DNA of 64,000 bases from Capsulimonadaceae bacterium (GCA_965215505.1 OZ244065.1:5792001-5856000); one strand, 5' to 3'. Counted from the first letter of the stretch, positions 8,797 to 19,094 are shown. Made by a program: numbers and translations. The notes: generated by a model not told the origin, from the sequence alone.

Positions 8797-9719
8797 AGAC
8801 TCGTTTGCTCTTCGAATGGCCACGTCGGCAGCGGCTCGCGGGCGGCGATCCAGGCGTCGGGGATGCTGGCCGCGCCCGCCGACAGGGCGACGATGCCGCC
8901 GACCATGGCGCAGGTGGTGTCGCGGTCGCCCAGGCCGCTGACGGTCAGCCACAGGGCGTCCTCGTAGCTGCCGAGGTGCTGCCCGGCGCACCAGAGGACG
9001 AACGGCACGGTGTCCTGGGCGGAAACGCCGTCGCCATTGCCCAGGATGCGGGCGGCCTGGGAAACGCCGGTTCCGGGCGGAAGGTCGCGCGCCCGCTCGA
9101 TGCCGGTCCGCACATGGCTTTCCGGCACGAGTGTCAGGATGCCGCCCAAGAAGTCCGGCAGGGTGGGGCGGGGGCGCACGTCGCGCCACTGCCAGGCGAG
9201 GGCGGCACCGACGGCCACGGCGACCGCGCCGGCGGCGGCTTCGGGGTGGGCGTGGGTGACGATGGCCGAGTCGAACGCCTGCGACGCGGCCGTTTCCAGG
9301 TCGTCGGCGAAGTACGCGCCGAGGGGCGCGACGCGCATGGCCGCGCCGTTGCCGAACGACCCCTGCCCGCCGAAGAGGCGGCGCGAGAGGGACACCCAGG
9401 AGCCGGGCAGCCACATCATGGGCACGATGTCGTGCATGGCGGGGCCGTAGCCGCGCTGCGGGTCGTAATGCTCGGAAAAGCTACGGGCGAGGCGGTCTTG
9501 GTCCATCTCGCCGGTCTGCCGCAGGACCGAGACGAGGGATAGGGCCATCTCGGTGTCGTCCGTGTAGAGCCAGGGGCCGGGCGGTGCGACGCGCTTCGGG
9601 GCCATCTCCTCGACCGACCAGGAGAAGAACCGCTCGCCGAAGGCATCACCGACCGACAAGCCTTCCAGGGAGAGGGCGGCGCGGGCCAGGCGCGCGTCTG
9701 GGGTGTCGGGGATGCTCAT
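8793..9719 (-). CDS. ADP-ribosylglycohydrolase family protein
   Basis: VGDAFG, YTDDTEM, GNGAAMR, THAHP and GDRDTT motifs. Confidence 0.9.
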   Translation of the reverse strand: MSIPDTPDARLARAALSLEGLSVGDAFGERFFSWSVEEMAPKRVAPPGPWLYTDDTEMALSLVSVLRQTGEMDQDRLARSFSEHYDPQRGYGPAMHDIVPMMWLPGSWVSLSRRLFGGQGSFGNGAAMRVAPLGAYFADDLETAASQAFDSAIVTHAHPEAAAGAVAVAVGAALAWQWRDVRPRPTLPDFLGGILTLVPESHVRTGIERARDLPPGTGVSQAARILGNGDGVSAQDTVPFVLWCAGQHLGSYEDALWLTVSGLGDRDTTCAMVGGIVALSAGAASIPDAWIAAREPLPTWPFEEQTSL

Positions 9720-9762
9720 GGTCAGTGTACTCCTTACGCCCGTTTCCTGCGTTCGCGAAGGT

Positions 9763-11640
9763 TCAGGCGGCTCTCCGCCGCTGCTGTTCCAGATGGACGC
9801 TGAGGATGGCGATGTCGGCGGGGGTGACGCCGGGGACGCGGGCCGCCTGGCCGAGCGACACGGGGCGGACGCGGGTGAGTGTGTCCCGGCTCTCGTTGGA
9901 GAGGGTACGGACGGCGCGGAAGTCGAAGGCGGTCGGGATGGGGACATCCTCGCGGCGGCCCGCCGAGGCCACCTGGGCGGACTGGCGCTGTATGTAGCCG
10001 TCGTACTTGCAGCCGATCTCGACCTGCTCGGTTACGGCGCGCGGCAGGGGCTTTGCCAGAGGCGGCGCGAGGGCGGCGACCGTCTCATAGGTGACGCCGG
10101 TGCGCTTCAGGAGGTCGGACAGCGGGACGCGCTGGGAGACGGGCAGCAGGCCGTGCTCGGCCAGCCGGGCGTTGTCCGCGCCGCTGACGGGCGTGGTTTC
10201 GAGGCGGCGCGTTTCGGCGGCGATGGCGTCCCGCTTGCGGGTGAACAGGTCCCAGCGGTCGTCGGGGACCAGGCCGGCGGCGCGGCCCAGACCGGTCAGG
10301 CGCAGGTCGGCGTTGTCCTGGCGCAGCAGCAGGCGGTACTCGGCGCGCGAGGTCAGCAGGCGGTACGGCTCGTCCGCGCCCTTCGTCACCAGGTCGTCAA
10401 TCATCACGCCCAGGTACGCCTCGGAACGCTTCAGCACAAATGGGGCGCGGCCCTGAGAATACAGGGCGGCGTTCGCGCCCGCCATCAGGCCCTGGCCCGC
10501 CGCCTCCTCGTAGCCGGATGTGCCGTTGATCTGGCCGGCCAGGAACAGGCCGGGCAGGCGCTTGGTCATCAGCGCGTGGGTCAGCTCGGTGGGCGGCACC
10601 GCGTCGTACTCGACCGCGTAGCCGGGGACCAGCATGACGCACTTCTCCAGGCCGGGGATGGTGTGCAGGAACTCCAATTGGACTTCCGCGGGGAGGGAGG
10701 TGCTGGTGCCCTGGACGTAGAGCGAGTCGGTGTCCCAGCCCTCCTGCTCCAGAAAGACCTGATGGCTGTCGCGGGTGCTGAACCGGACGATCTTGTCCTC
10801 GATGGACGGGCAGTAGCGCGGCCCCAGGCCCTCGATCATGCCGCCGTACATGGCGGACCGGTGCAGGTTCGCCTCAATGACGGCCTTGGTCCGCTCGTTG
10901 GTGTAGGTCAGCCACGACGGCAGCAGGTTCGTTTTGTCCGTTTTCGTGTGCAGAAAGGAGAACGGCGGCGTCTCCGGCTCGGACTCGATGGGGTTCGTTT
11001 TCGCGAAATCCACCGTTTTTTTATCTATGCGCGGCGTTGTCCCGGTTTTGAGCCGCAGGGTGGGGAAGCCGAGGCCGCGCAGGGTGTCCGAGAGCGCGCC
11101 CGCCGGCTTCTCGCCCAGCCGCCCGCCGTCCGTCCGCTCCGTACCCCGGTGCATGACGCCGCGCAGGAAGGTTCCGGTCGTGATGACGACGCTCTTGGCC
11201 CGGTACGCCTCCCCCTCCGCCGTTCTCAGCCCCGTGACCGCGCCGTTCTTGACGACCAGGTCTTCGACCACGCCCTCGCACAGAGTTAGATTGGGGGCGA
11301 CCTCCAAGGTGTGCCGCATGGCCCGGCTGTAGGCGTCCTTGTCGCACTGAGCGCGGATCGCCTGCACGGCGGGGCCTTTGCCGGTGTTGAGCATCCGAAT
11401 GTGTGAGACCGTTTTGTCGGCGTTGACGCCCATCTGTCCGCCCAATGCGTCCACCTCACGGACGAGGTGGCCCTTGGCCGGGCCGCCGATGGAGCAGTTG
11501 CAGGGCATCAGCGCCACTTTGTCGAGCGACAGGGTCAGGCACAATGTCTGCGCCCCGAGCCGGGCGGATGCGAGGGCGGCCTCGGCCCCCGCGTGGCCCG
11601 CGCCGATGATGATCACGTCATAGTCGTACATCGGCATCAT
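9763..11640 (-). CDS. mnmG: tRNA U34 carboxymethylaminomethyl modification enzyme MnmG (GidA)
   Basis: [34 protein letters not shown] and TSRAEYRL motifs. Confidence 0.97.
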   Translation of the reverse strand: MMPMYDYDVIIIGAGHAGAEAALASARLGAQTLCLTLSLDKVALMPCNCSIGGPAKGHLVREVDALGGQMGVNADKTVSHIRMLNTGKGPAVQAIRAQCDKDAYSRAMRHTLEVAPNLTLCEGVVEDLVVKNGAVTGLRTAEGEAYRAKSVVITTGTFLRGVMHRGTERTDGGRLGEKPAGALSDTLRGLGFPTLRLKTGTTPRIDKKTVDFAKTNPIESEPETPPFSFLHTKTDKTNLLPSWLTYTNERTKAVIEANLHRSAMYGGMIEGLGPRYCPSIEDKIVRFSTRDSHQVFLEQEGWDTDSLYVQGTSTSLPAEVQLEFLHTIPGLEKCVMLVPGYAVEYDAVPPTELTHALMTKRLPGLFLAGQINGTSGYEEAAGQGLMAGANAALYSQGRAPFVLKRSEAYLGVMIDDLVTKGADEPYRLLTSRAEYRLLLRQDNADLRLTGLGRAAGLVPDDRWDLFTRKRDAIAAETRRLETTPVSGADNARLAEHGLLPVSQRVPLSDLLKRTGVTYETVAALAPPLAKPLPRAVTEQVEIGCKYDGYIQRQSAQVASAGRREDVPIPTAFDFRAVRTLSNESRDTLTRVRPVSLGQAARVPGVTPADIAILSVHLEQQRRRAA

Positions 11641-11930
11641 TTCTCGTCACGCGGCGCGGCGGCCGGGCGTAGGAACAGGAGCTTCTCCGGGCGCGGCTCG
11701 CGCTCGTTCCAAAGCTTCTCCAGCCTGCCGAGAGTTTTGGCCTTATCGTAGGCGTCTATGTCACCGATGACATGAACGGGGATGTGTATGAAGGTGTACC
11801 ACTCGGAGGTGCGCTCCTCAATCGCCCCGGTGTAGATTTTGAGACTGATCTTGCGGGCTTTCGCCTCAGCATAGAGCCAGTCTGCGATCTCTTGAAATAG
11901 CCCCTGCGATGTACTCTCTTTCAACACCAT
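11637..11930 (-). CDS. Small hypothetical protein (possible partner of the HEPN protein)
   Basis: 97-aa ORF, 6 nt after the HEPN gene; stop overlaps the mnmG start. Confidence 0.6.
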   Translation of the reverse strand: MVLKESTSQGLFQEIADWLYAEAKARKISLKIYTGAIEERTSEWYTFIHIPVHVIGDIDAYDKAKTLGRLEKLWNEREPRPEKLLFLRPAAAPRDEK

Positions 11931-11936
11931 GATCTC

Positions 11937-12341
11937 TCACCTTTCCGGGAGGATGTCGCTCATAATCCGGACGATGTACCGGGAGTCTTTTCCGGCACGC
12001 TGCACACGGCTAGTTCCTATGATCTCGGCACCTTCATAATCAGCCGCAACCCGGAGACGGTACAGATCGGTCAGCCTTTGCGCCAGGTCATTCCGCCCAC
12101 TCCTGGAGCGGATCAGAGGCCGTAACTGGTCTTGTAAAAGTTGGGGCGTGTCAACATGGCTCCATGCCTCACGCCCTTCCGGTGGTGTCAGGCCCCGGTA
12201 CAGCAGCAAAGCCGTCACCGCCTGATAGGCGGCGTAGTAGTACCGGCTGGCGGCGGGACGCAGGCACCCGCCGGCCTCCGCGAGCCGCGCGGCCTCTTCC
12301 GACTCCCGCGCCATCTGCTGCCATAACTGCCAAGCGTCCAT
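11937..12341 (-). CDS. HEPN-domain protein
   Basis: ASRYYYAAYQAVTALL, WSH and LYRLRVAADY motifs; GAGGAG RBS. Confidence 0.8.
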   Translation of the reverse strand: MDAWQLWQQMARESEEAARLAEAGGCLRPAASRYYYAAYQAVTALLLYRGLTPPEGREAWSHVDTPQLLQDQLRPLIRSRSGRNDLAQRLTDLYRLRVAADYEGAEIIGTSRVQRAGKDSRYIVRIMSDILPER

Positions 12342-12375
12342 GCCTGCTCCTCGTCCGTGCCTTGTGTCCGCCTTT

Positions 12376-12384
12376 ATTATAGCA
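12376..12384 (-). promoter_or_regulatory. Extended -10 promoter element for HEPN-orf-mnmG
   Basis: TGCTATAAT on the minus strand about 35 nt upstream of the HEPN start. Confidence 0.55.
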
Positions 12385-12850
12385 CATCGGAGGGGTCGGG
12401 CTGGCCGGAGTCTGGTGCCCGCCGCCGCTCGTAGTTGCGGCGCAGGAAGGTGGCGGCGTTGGAGACGTCTTCCTCGGAATGGATGAAGAAGCTGACCCAG
12501 GCGGACTGCGGGAAGATGTGGTGCGGCAGCGCCTGGCCTTCCTGCACGGCCTCATCCCGGAGCGCCTTGCTGAAGGGGATGTCGAGCAGCCCGTTGCCGT
12601 GCAGGTGCCCGATCTCGCGGCGGCCCTGCGCGGTGTTGAGGACGAACTCGGTGCCGCCGAAGCGGTGCATCCGCGTCGAGACGTCGGGCCAGGACAGAAT
12701 AACGGTCTCGACGCGGTGCATGGCGGCCAGTCGTTCCCGGTGGAGCAGGGCAGTCTTTCCCATCAGGAGCGTGTCGAAGAGGGAGGGCAGGCCGGGGACG
12801 TGGCGCAGGGGGGAGAGGCGTCGGGCCGCCCAGGCCAGAACGTCGGTCAT
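12377..12850 (-). CDS. DUF5519 / luciferase-like domain protein
   Basis: HRFGGTEF, EIGHLHG and HHIFPQSAWVSF motifs; start MTDVL at 12850. Confidence 0.7.
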   Translation of the reverse strand: MTDVLAWAARRLSPLRHVPGLPSLFDTLLMGKTALLHRERLAAMHRVETVILSWPDVSTRMHRFGGTEFVLNTAQGRREIGHLHGNGLLDIPFSKALRDEAVQEGQALPHHIFPQSAWVSFFIHSEEDVSNAATFLRRNYERRRAPDSGQPDPSDVL

Positions 12851-12851
12851 G

Positions 12852-13934
12852 TCAGCGCCCCCCTGCCTGTTCCCGCTCGCAGTCCGCCTTGATGCGGTCC
12901 ATGACGCGGACATGCACCTGTCGGGCGATGCTGCCGGCCCACAGGTCGTAGTACCAGGACGGGTAGACATACAGCTCATACCAGGAGGTGCCGGTCAGGG
13001 TCGTGCTGCCGTCGCCGTTGTCCTGAAGGACGAACTGGCCGCGAAGGACGCGGGCGTGGCCCAGGATCTCGGGGTCGCGCGGCTGGTGGGTGATGTCGAA
13101 CGTCAGCCGCTTGCCCGGCTGCCACTCGACGATGCGCTCTTCGAAGACGCGGCCCTGGCTGAAGACGCACCGGCGGCTTGCGCCGACTCCCTGGCCCGAG
13201 ACGGTGGCCTGGACCGGGTAGGGGAGGCCCATCCTGAACAGCCAGAAGTCCGGCTTCTCCGTGATCACCGGCACGGCAGCCAGGTGCGTCCACACCTGGG
13301 CGGGCGGCGCGTGGATGACGATCCGGTCCGAGACGGCGTTCTCGTAGTGGTGCGGCGAGACCACGTCGAAGGCCAGGAAGGCCAGCGCGAGCGGGACGAG
13401 GGACAGGTTGAGGCGGCCGTTGGCGAACCCGAACAGCCACCGGCCCAGCAGGGCACCCAGGAAAACGAAGCTGAGGATCAAGGGGGACACGATGACCAGG
13501 CAGATCACGCCCTCGTGCATGAAGATGCCCGCCGTCACCAGGCCCAGGGCGTTGTTCACCAGCGAGTACAGGAAATACTCGGTCGTGGTCAGGGCAAGCC
13601 CCTTCCAGAAGAACGCCGTGACCAGGCCCATGACGAGCGGGACGAGGATGAAGTCGGAGGAGATCAGGACGCTGGCCGCATCCCCGTTGAGTCTGGTCAG
13701 CCAGAACCCCAGCCCGATGAGGCCCGCCGCCACGACGTTCGCCGCCAGAAGGCCCCCGGCGATCAGGCCGCGCTTCTGCTTGGCGACCGGGCCGACGGCC
13801 CGGCCGTCCACGACGGGTGCTACCCAGGCCGCGCCCTCCAGGGGCGTCACAACGGAGGTCTGGCAGTACGGGCAGATGATCGTGCCCGCCGTGACGGGCT
13901 GGCCGCAATGGGGGCAGGGGTGCGTGTTCTCCAT
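12852..13934 (-). CDS. Zinc-ribbon + multi-TM + SRPBCC/START-domain protein
   Basis: CPHC...CPYC, hydrophobic helices, IVIHAPPAQVW...ERIVEWQPGKRLTF. Confidence 0.7.
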   Translation of the reverse strand: MENTHPCPHCGQPVTAGTIICPYCQTSVVTPLEGAAWVAPVVDGRAVGPVAKQKRGLIAGGLLAANVVAAGLIGLGFWLTRLNGDAASVLISSDFILVPLVMGLVTAFFWKGLALTTTEYFLYSLVNNALGLVTAGIFMHEGVICLVIVSPLILSFVFLGALLGRWLFGFANGRLNLSLVPLALAFLAFDVVSPHHYENAVSDRIVIHAPPAQVWTHLAAVPVITEKPDFWLFRMGLPYPVQATVSGQGVGASRRCVFSQGRVFEERIVEWQPGKRLTFDITHQPRDPEILGHARVLRGQFVLQDNGDGSTTLTGTSWYELYVYPSWYYDLWAGSIARQVHVRVMDRIKADCEREQAGGR

Positions 13935-13981
13935 AGCCCATTATAGCAGAGGTTACCGCCGTCGAGCCACTTTGAATGTGT

Positions 13982-16900
13982 TCACTTCTCCATCAGCACG
14001 GCAGGGTCGGCCCCGATGAAGCCGCGCAGGCTCTCGACGTACTCAGGCTCCTCGGCCCGCTCGCACTGTGCCTGCGCCCGGCCCAGGCGAGCGGTCACGT
14101 CCTGGCGCAGCGCCGGAGAGAGGGGGTTGGGCTTGTTCAGGAAGTCGCGCAGGGTGCGGATGTGCCGCTTCCACAGGCGGACCTCGATGGCCTGCTGGGT
14201 CTGGAGGCGCTCCCGATACCAGTCGCTCCCCCACAGCGACTCGCGGGTGAAGAGGGCGCGGACGGCGGGGTCGTTGATGCCCTGTCCCTCATGCACGCCG
14301 TCGCGCATGACGTGGAGGAGGGCGTGGAGGGGCGGGCAGGCGAGGGCAATGGAGCCGTCATCGAAGTAGTTCTCGGCGATTCGCTTCTGGGTCGAGACGA
14401 TGTTGTCTATGCCGTCCACGAACGAGTCGAGGTCCTGCGTTTCGGGGCGCAGCATCTCACGCGTGAACACGTCGTTCGGGTTGTCGAAGACGATGCCGAA
14501 GAAGGTGCGGACGAAATGGGGCGTGATGCGCCAGCCCAGCCGGCTCGCCAGGACCGTCTTGCCCTCGTGTTCGAAGTCCTCCAGCTTTTCGAGGTAATTG
14601 TTCTCCAGGAGGTACTGCGGGTCGCGCTCCGCGACCTCCATGCGCGACCAGATCTCGGGGATGAGCAGGCTGATGTCGTGGTCCACGCGGAACTGGGGGC
14701 CGACGAAGCCGGCCGCCGTGGCGAAGGCGTTCGCGCCGGTCAGGATGTGTGAGACGAGAGCGTTGTTCAGGTCAATGATGGGGGCGAGGGCGTTGAACGG
14801 GCCTTTGGTCAGCGCGCCTTCGGAGCCGGTGCCGGTCGTTGACGGCGACTTGCCGGTGAGGCTGCTGATCAGCTCCATGAACAGCTCGGGCGTCTCCTGG
14901 TAGTGGACCGGGTTGTAAACGGCGAGCGACCGGATGCCCGGCTCGGGCGGGTTCAGGCGGCGGCCCGGCAGGACGGCGTTGACGGGGGCGGGCAGGGGCT
15001 GGTCGGGAGGGGTCTGCCGGTACAGCCGCATCCCGGTTTCGGACAGGTAGGCGGGCCTGGGGTCCTTCAGGTCGCCACGGATCTGGAGGTAGCGCGGGTT
15101 CTTGGTGGGCTTGCCGTCCACGATGCGCGGGTGGGCGGACGAGACGAAGAAGCCGGGCGTCTGGGCGGCGCGGCGGATGACGCCCTGCATGGGCGGGGTG
15201 AACTCGCTCAGGGTGACGGCGGAGGCGACCAGTTCCTGGGCGTCCTTCTGAGTCAGCGGGGCATAGTTGGAGAAGAAGTTACCCGGCAGGGCGAAATCGG
15301 CCTCGGTGAGCTTGTCGTACCCCCGATGGATGGCCTCGTCGGGCCGCTGGAACAGGCGGCGCTCGGTGTTCTCGACGACCTTGAACCCGGCGGGGCCGTT
15401 ATAGCGTGGGTTGAGGTTGTGCAATCGGTCGGCGGGGACAACGAGGGAGGCGGTGATGTCGTCTTCCAGTTGCAGCTTCTCGGCCGGGACGAAATCGGAG
15501 CGCAGGGTGAAGATGCGCCAGTTGCCATCGGCGGTGAAGCCGACACGGGCGTAGTGCGCGAGCAGCTTCTCGCCCCGGAAGCGGAGTTCATTGCCGGGCC
15601 GGCCGTTGACCAGGTCCACGCTGAAATGCGCGCGCCAGTCGTCGCCCATCTCGGGCTGGTAGAACCGCTTGACGAGGTAGACCAGCTCCTTGATGGTGAA
15701 CGGGATGGTGCCGAGCCACTGGTTGTACTCGGGCGTGTAGAGGGTCCCCGAGGGCGTGAGCAGCTTGATGACCGAGCCGAGCGAGCGCTCGGGGCTGAGA
15801 ATCGGGCGGCTGTCCCCACCCGCCCGGCCCCGGAACCGGTCCGAGTAGTCGCGGGTCAGGACGGCGGCCACGGCGTCCATGTCCTTGTGGAAGTCGGCGA
15901 TGAAGAACGGGGCGTGCATGATTGAGTCCGAAATGGACTTAGAGATTTCGGACTTGCCGCCGCCGGAGACGGTGGAGGGCTTGTGGCACAGTGTCCCTTC
16001 CGCCGTGGTCCCGACGAGCCGCCACTGACCCGAGTCGGCCTCCTTCTCCAGCCTTATCTTATAGCCCGCCGGGACGACGTAGGTGATCTTCGGGTCGAGC
16101 GGCAGGGCGTGCCGCCCGCTCAGGTTCTGCCAGCGGACGGTCTGCGTGTTCAGGTTGATCTCGACGTTCTCGGGGACGTAGTAGATGTCCGGGTGGCTCT
16201 TGTCAACGCCGTACCCCTCCTTCTGGATCTCCATCCGGTCGCCGAACATCCTTCGGACCTGCTCGAAGGTGTGCTTCGTCTTGGGCAGGTGCGTGGCGAC
16301 GCTAAAGAGCTTGCCTAAATCATATTGCGGGTGGACAAGGGCACCGCCCGCGTGTTCCTCCTCCACCATGCCGAGCAGGTTGGCGGCGAAGTTGATCTGG
16401 GTCTTGACCTCTTTCTTGCAGTAGCCGTAGTAGTTGTCGGCGATGACCGTCACCATGACGCCCTGGGCGTCCCGCGCGGTGGCTTTAAATGCGTCGCCGT
16501 TATTATAAAGCTCGTCGGGGGAAGCCCAGCACATCCGGTCGCGCTTCTGGCGGTCGGTGGCGTCATCGTGGTGGGGCAGGCCGAGCGACTTCTTGGTCAG
16601 GGTCGTCAGGTGGGGGGCGAGGATGACGTAGCCGGTGTGTCCGGTCCAGTGTTCGATGTCCAGCCCGGCGTCATTCTCGGGCAGGTGCGGGTCGCCGGCG
16701 TTGCCGAAGATGTTCTCGATGAAGTCCACATTGCTGACGAGGTTGCCGGGGACGAGGAAGCGCACCTCCATCGTCTTGCGCGGCGTCACGCCCGGCACGC
16801 CGGGGACGACGAGCGGGCGCGTCATCAGCGAGACGAACGTCTCGACCGGCTTTTCGCTCTGGGCCGTGAAGGGCAGCCGCAGCAGGGAGCGCGGGGCGTC

Positions 16901-17413
16901 CAGGGCGGCGCGCAGGAGGCCCGCGAAGGCGACCTTGGGGATGGCGACCTTGTCGTAGGGGATGGGTGCCCCGCCCTCCGCCACATGGAAGACGCCCTGC
17001 GTGGTCCTTCGGTCGCTCTTGGGGTTGTGCAGGACGCCCTGCCCGTGCCCCAGCCGGTAGGAGCTGACGATGTCCGACTCGAAATGGTCGTCGTCTTCGG
17101 GCAGGGACAGCTCGCGGGCCATGCCGAGCCGGTCCAGGATGAAGCTCTGACCCAGGCCGGGCAGCTTGATTGGCGGCTCGGGGGAAACGTCGGCCAGGTA
17201 GCGGTCCAGGAAGGCCTGCGCGCGGGCGTCCAATGGGCTAGGCTCGGCGTAAGACAACCGGATGCGCTCCTTGAGGTGCGCGACGACCTCATGGGGGATG
17301 GTGAGGCGCGAGACGAAATCGTCCCGGCCCATCTCGCCGCCGGAAACCATCAGCTTGAGCTTGATGTAGTCGTTGAGTTCCTGGCGCTCGGCGGTCGGGT
17401 CGGGGATTGTCAT
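13982..17413 (-). CDS. PPi-dependent phosphoenolpyruvate carboxykinase (PEP carboxytransphosphorylase, EC 4.1.1.38)
   Basis: 1143 aa with NYYGYCKKEVKTQ, EEEHAGGA, CHKPSTVSGGGKSEISK and TGKSPSTTGxGSEGALTKGPFN, as in PPi-type PEPCK. Confidence 0.85.
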   Translation of the reverse strand: MTIPDPTAERQELNDYIKLKLMVSGGEMGRDDFVSRLTIPHEVVAHLKERIRLSYAEPSPLDARAQAFLDRYLADVSPEPPIKLPGLGQSFILDRLGMARELSLPEDDDHFESDIVSSYRLGHGQGVLHNPKSDRRTTQGVFHVAEGGAPIPYDKVAIPKVAFAGLLRAALDAPRSLLRLPFTAQSEKPVETFVSLMTRPLVVPGVPGVTPRKTMEVRFLVPGNLVSNVDFIENIFGNAGDPHLPENDAGLDIEHWTGHTGYVILAPHLTTLTKKSLGLPHHDDATDRQKRDRMCWASPDELYNNGDAFKATARDAQGVMVTVIADNYYGYCKKEVKTQINFAANLLGMVEEEHAGGALVHPQYDLGKLFSVATHLPKTKHTFEQVRRMFGDRMEIQKEGYGVDKSHPDIYYVPENVEINLNTQTVRWQNLSGRHALPLDPKITYVVPAGYKIRLEKEADSGQWRLVGTTAEGTLCHKPSTVSGGGKSEISKSISDSIMHAPFFIADFHKDMDAVAAVLTRDYSDRFRGRAGGDSRPILSPERSLGSVIKLLTPSGTLYTPEYNQWLGTIPFTIKELVYLVKRFYQPEMGDDWRAHFSVDLVNGRPGNELRFRGEKLLAHYARVGFTADGNWRIFTLRSDFVPAEKLQLEDDITASLVVPADRLHNLNPRYNGPAGFKVVENTERRLFQRPDEAIHRGYDKLTEADFALPGNFFSNYAPLTQKDAQELVASAVTLSEFTPPMQGVIRRAAQTPGFFVSSAHPRIVDGKPTKNPRYLQIRGDLKDPRPAYLSETGMRLYRQTPPDQPLPAPVNAVLPGRRLNPPEPGIRSLAVYNPVHYQETPELFMELISSLTGKSPSTTGTGSEGALTKGPFNALAPIIDLNNALVSHILTGANAFATAAGFVGPQFRVDHDISLLIPEIWSRMEVAERDPQYLLENNYLEKLEDFEHEGKTVLASRLGWRITPHFVRTFFGIVFDNPNDVFTREMLRPETQDLDSFVDGIDNIVSTQKRIAENYFDDGSIALACPPLHALLHVMRDGVHEGQGINDPAVRALFTRESLWGSDWYRERLQTQQAIEVRLWKRHIRTLRDFLNKPNPLSPALRQDVTARLGRAQAQCERAEEPEYVESLRGFIGADPAVLMEK

Positions 17414-17429
17414 AGGGGGTTTGTTCCAT

Positions 17430-17479
17430 AAGAAAACAGCCCCCAGCCCCGGCGCGTGACTACGCCGGAGCCGGGGGCT
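17430..17479 (-). terminator. Intrinsic terminator after gltD
   Basis: Minus-strand 17-bp stem AGCCCCCGGCTCCGGCG/CGCCGGGGCTGGGGGCT followed by GTTTTCTT. Confidence 0.7.
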
Positions 17480-17514
17480 TCATCGCCTCGGCAGTGTGAT
17501 CTTAGAGCAGAATG

Positions 17515-18999
17515 TTAAGGCAGGCTCGTCTCGCCCATCAAATAGCGGTCGCACTCGCGGGCCGCCTCGCGGCCCTCGTTGAAGGCCCAGACGACCAGGC
17601 TCTGGCCGCGCCGGGCGTCGCCCGCCGCGAAGACACCGGGGAGGCTGGTCGTGTAGCGGCCGTACTCGGCCTTGACGTTGGAACGGGCGTCCCGCTCGAC
17701 GCCGAGCTGCTGGAGCAGGCCGTCCTCGGGACCAAGAAAACCCATCGCCAGAAGGACGAGCTGGGCGGGCGAGACTTTCTCCGAGCCGGGGACCTCGACG
17801 GGCACGAACCGGCCCTTCTCGTCCTTCTGCCAGTCAAGCTCGACGGTGTGGACCTCTTTGACGTGGCCGTCCTCGTCGCCGACGAACTTCTTGGCCGTGG
17901 TGCAGTAGACGCGCGGGTCATTGCCGAAGACGGCCAGGGCCTCCTCCTGGCCATAATCCAGGCGGTACACTTTGGGCCACTGTGGCCAGGGGTTGTCCAG
18001 GGCACGCGCCATGGGCGGCTTGGGCAGCATCTCGAGCTGGACAAGGCTGTGGCAGACGTGGCGCATGGAGGTCCCGACGCAGTCCGTCCCGGTGTCGCCG
18101 CCGCCGATGACGACGACGTCCTTGCCTTCGGCGGAGATGAAACCATGGTTCGGATCGCCGTCCAGGACGTTCTGGGTGTTGGCGGTCAGGAAGTCCATCG
18201 CGTAGTGGATGCCCTTGAGGTCGCCGCCCTCGATGCCGGACAGGCCGCGCGGCTTGGTCGCGCCGGTCGCGAGGATGACGGCGTCGAACTCCCTCATCAG
18301 CAGGTCAGCCGAGTAATCCTTGCCGACCTCGGTGTTCGTCAGGAAGGCAATGCCCTCCTGCTCCATCAGATTGACGCGGCGGTCTACGAGTTCCTTGCCC
18401 AGCTTCATGTTGGGGATGCCGTAGGTCAGCAGGCCGCCGACGCGGTCGCCGCGCTCGAAGACCGTGACAAGATGACCGGCCTTGTTGAGCTGGGCGGCGG
18501 CGCACAGCCCCGCCGGGCCAGAGCCGATGACGGCGACGCGCTTGCCGGTGCGCGACTCGGGCGGCTCGGGGACGATCCAGCCCTCCTCCCAGCCCTTGTC
18601 CACGATGGCGCACTCGATGTTCTTGATCGTGACCGGCGGCGCGCTGATGCCCAGCACACAGGCCCCCTCGCAGGGGGCGGGGCAGACCCGTCCGGTGAAC
18701 TCGGGGAAGTTGTTGGTCTTGTGCAGCCGGTCCAGGGCTTCGCGCCACAGGCCCCGGTAGACCAGGTCGTTCCACTCGGGGATCAGGTTGTTGATCGGGC
18801 AGCCGGACGCCATGCCGTTGAGCAGGGTGCCGGTGTGGCAGAAGGGGATGCCGCAGTCCATGCAGCGCGCGCCCTGTTCGCGCAGCTTCTTCTCGCCCAG
18901 GTGCAGGTGGAACTCTTTCCAGTCCCGGATGCGCTCGGTCGCGGTCCGGTCCAGGGGGAGTTCGCGCAGGTATTCAATAAAGCCCGTGGGTTTGCCCAT
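17515..18999 (-). CDS. gltD: Glutamate synthase small (beta) subunit
   Basis: [25 protein letters not shown] and GGGDTGTDC motifs. Confidence 0.97.
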   Translation of the reverse strand: MGKPTGFIEYLRELPLDRTATERIRDWKEFHLHLGEKKLREQGARCMDCGIPFCHTGTLLNGMASGCPINNLIPEWNDLVYRGLWREALDRLHKTNNFPEFTGRVCPAPCEGACVLGISAPPVTIKNIECAIVDKGWEEGWIVPEPPESRTGKRVAVIGSGPAGLCAAAQLNKAGHLVTVFERGDRVGGLLTYGIPNMKLGKELVDRRVNLMEQEGIAFLTNTEVGKDYSADLLMREFDAVILATGATKPRGLSGIEGGDLKGIHYAMDFLTANTQNVLDGDPNHGFISAEGKDVVVIGGGDTGTDCVGTSMRHVCHSLVQLEMLPKPPMARALDNPWPQWPKVYRLDYGQEEALAVFGNDPRVYCTTAKKFVGDEDGHVKEVHTVELDWQKDEKGRFVPVEVPGSEKVSPAQLVLLAMGFLGPEDGLLQQLGVERDARSNVKAEYGRYTTSLPGVFAAGDARRGQSLVVWAFNEGREAARECDRYLMGETSLP

Positions 19000-19041
19000 G
19001 TGTGATTACCGTGTCTTCTAAAGTGGCTCTGCGGCCACAGC

Positions 19042-19086
19042 AACGATTCCAGTCCAGAAACGATCCCAGTCCAGAAACGATCCCAG
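19042..19086. repeat. 17-bp tandem repeat (about 2.6 copies) in the gltB-gltD spacer
   Basis: AACGATTCCAGTCCAGA / AACGATCCCAGTCCAGA / AACGATCCCAG. Confidence 0.85.
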
Positions 19087-19094
19087 AGGCGAAC

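Noticed and set aside
8797-9414. ORF-track N-terminal extensions (HEAT 710 aa, kinase 497 aa, GH43 557 aa, SelA 527 aa, FdhD 314 aa, 46958..48013)
   Set aside because: The extensions overlap neighbouring genes, the tRNA or repeats; internal starts with coupling or an RBS fit better.
11928-11939. HEPN stop TGA is in frame with the next ORF (possible Sec read-through fusion)
   Set aside because: It is not a Cys-equivalent position, there is no SECIS-like hairpin, and the downstream ORF has its own ATG.
19042-19086. Possible CRISPR array
   Set aside because: The repeats are directly adjacent with no spacers, and there are no cas genes in the window.
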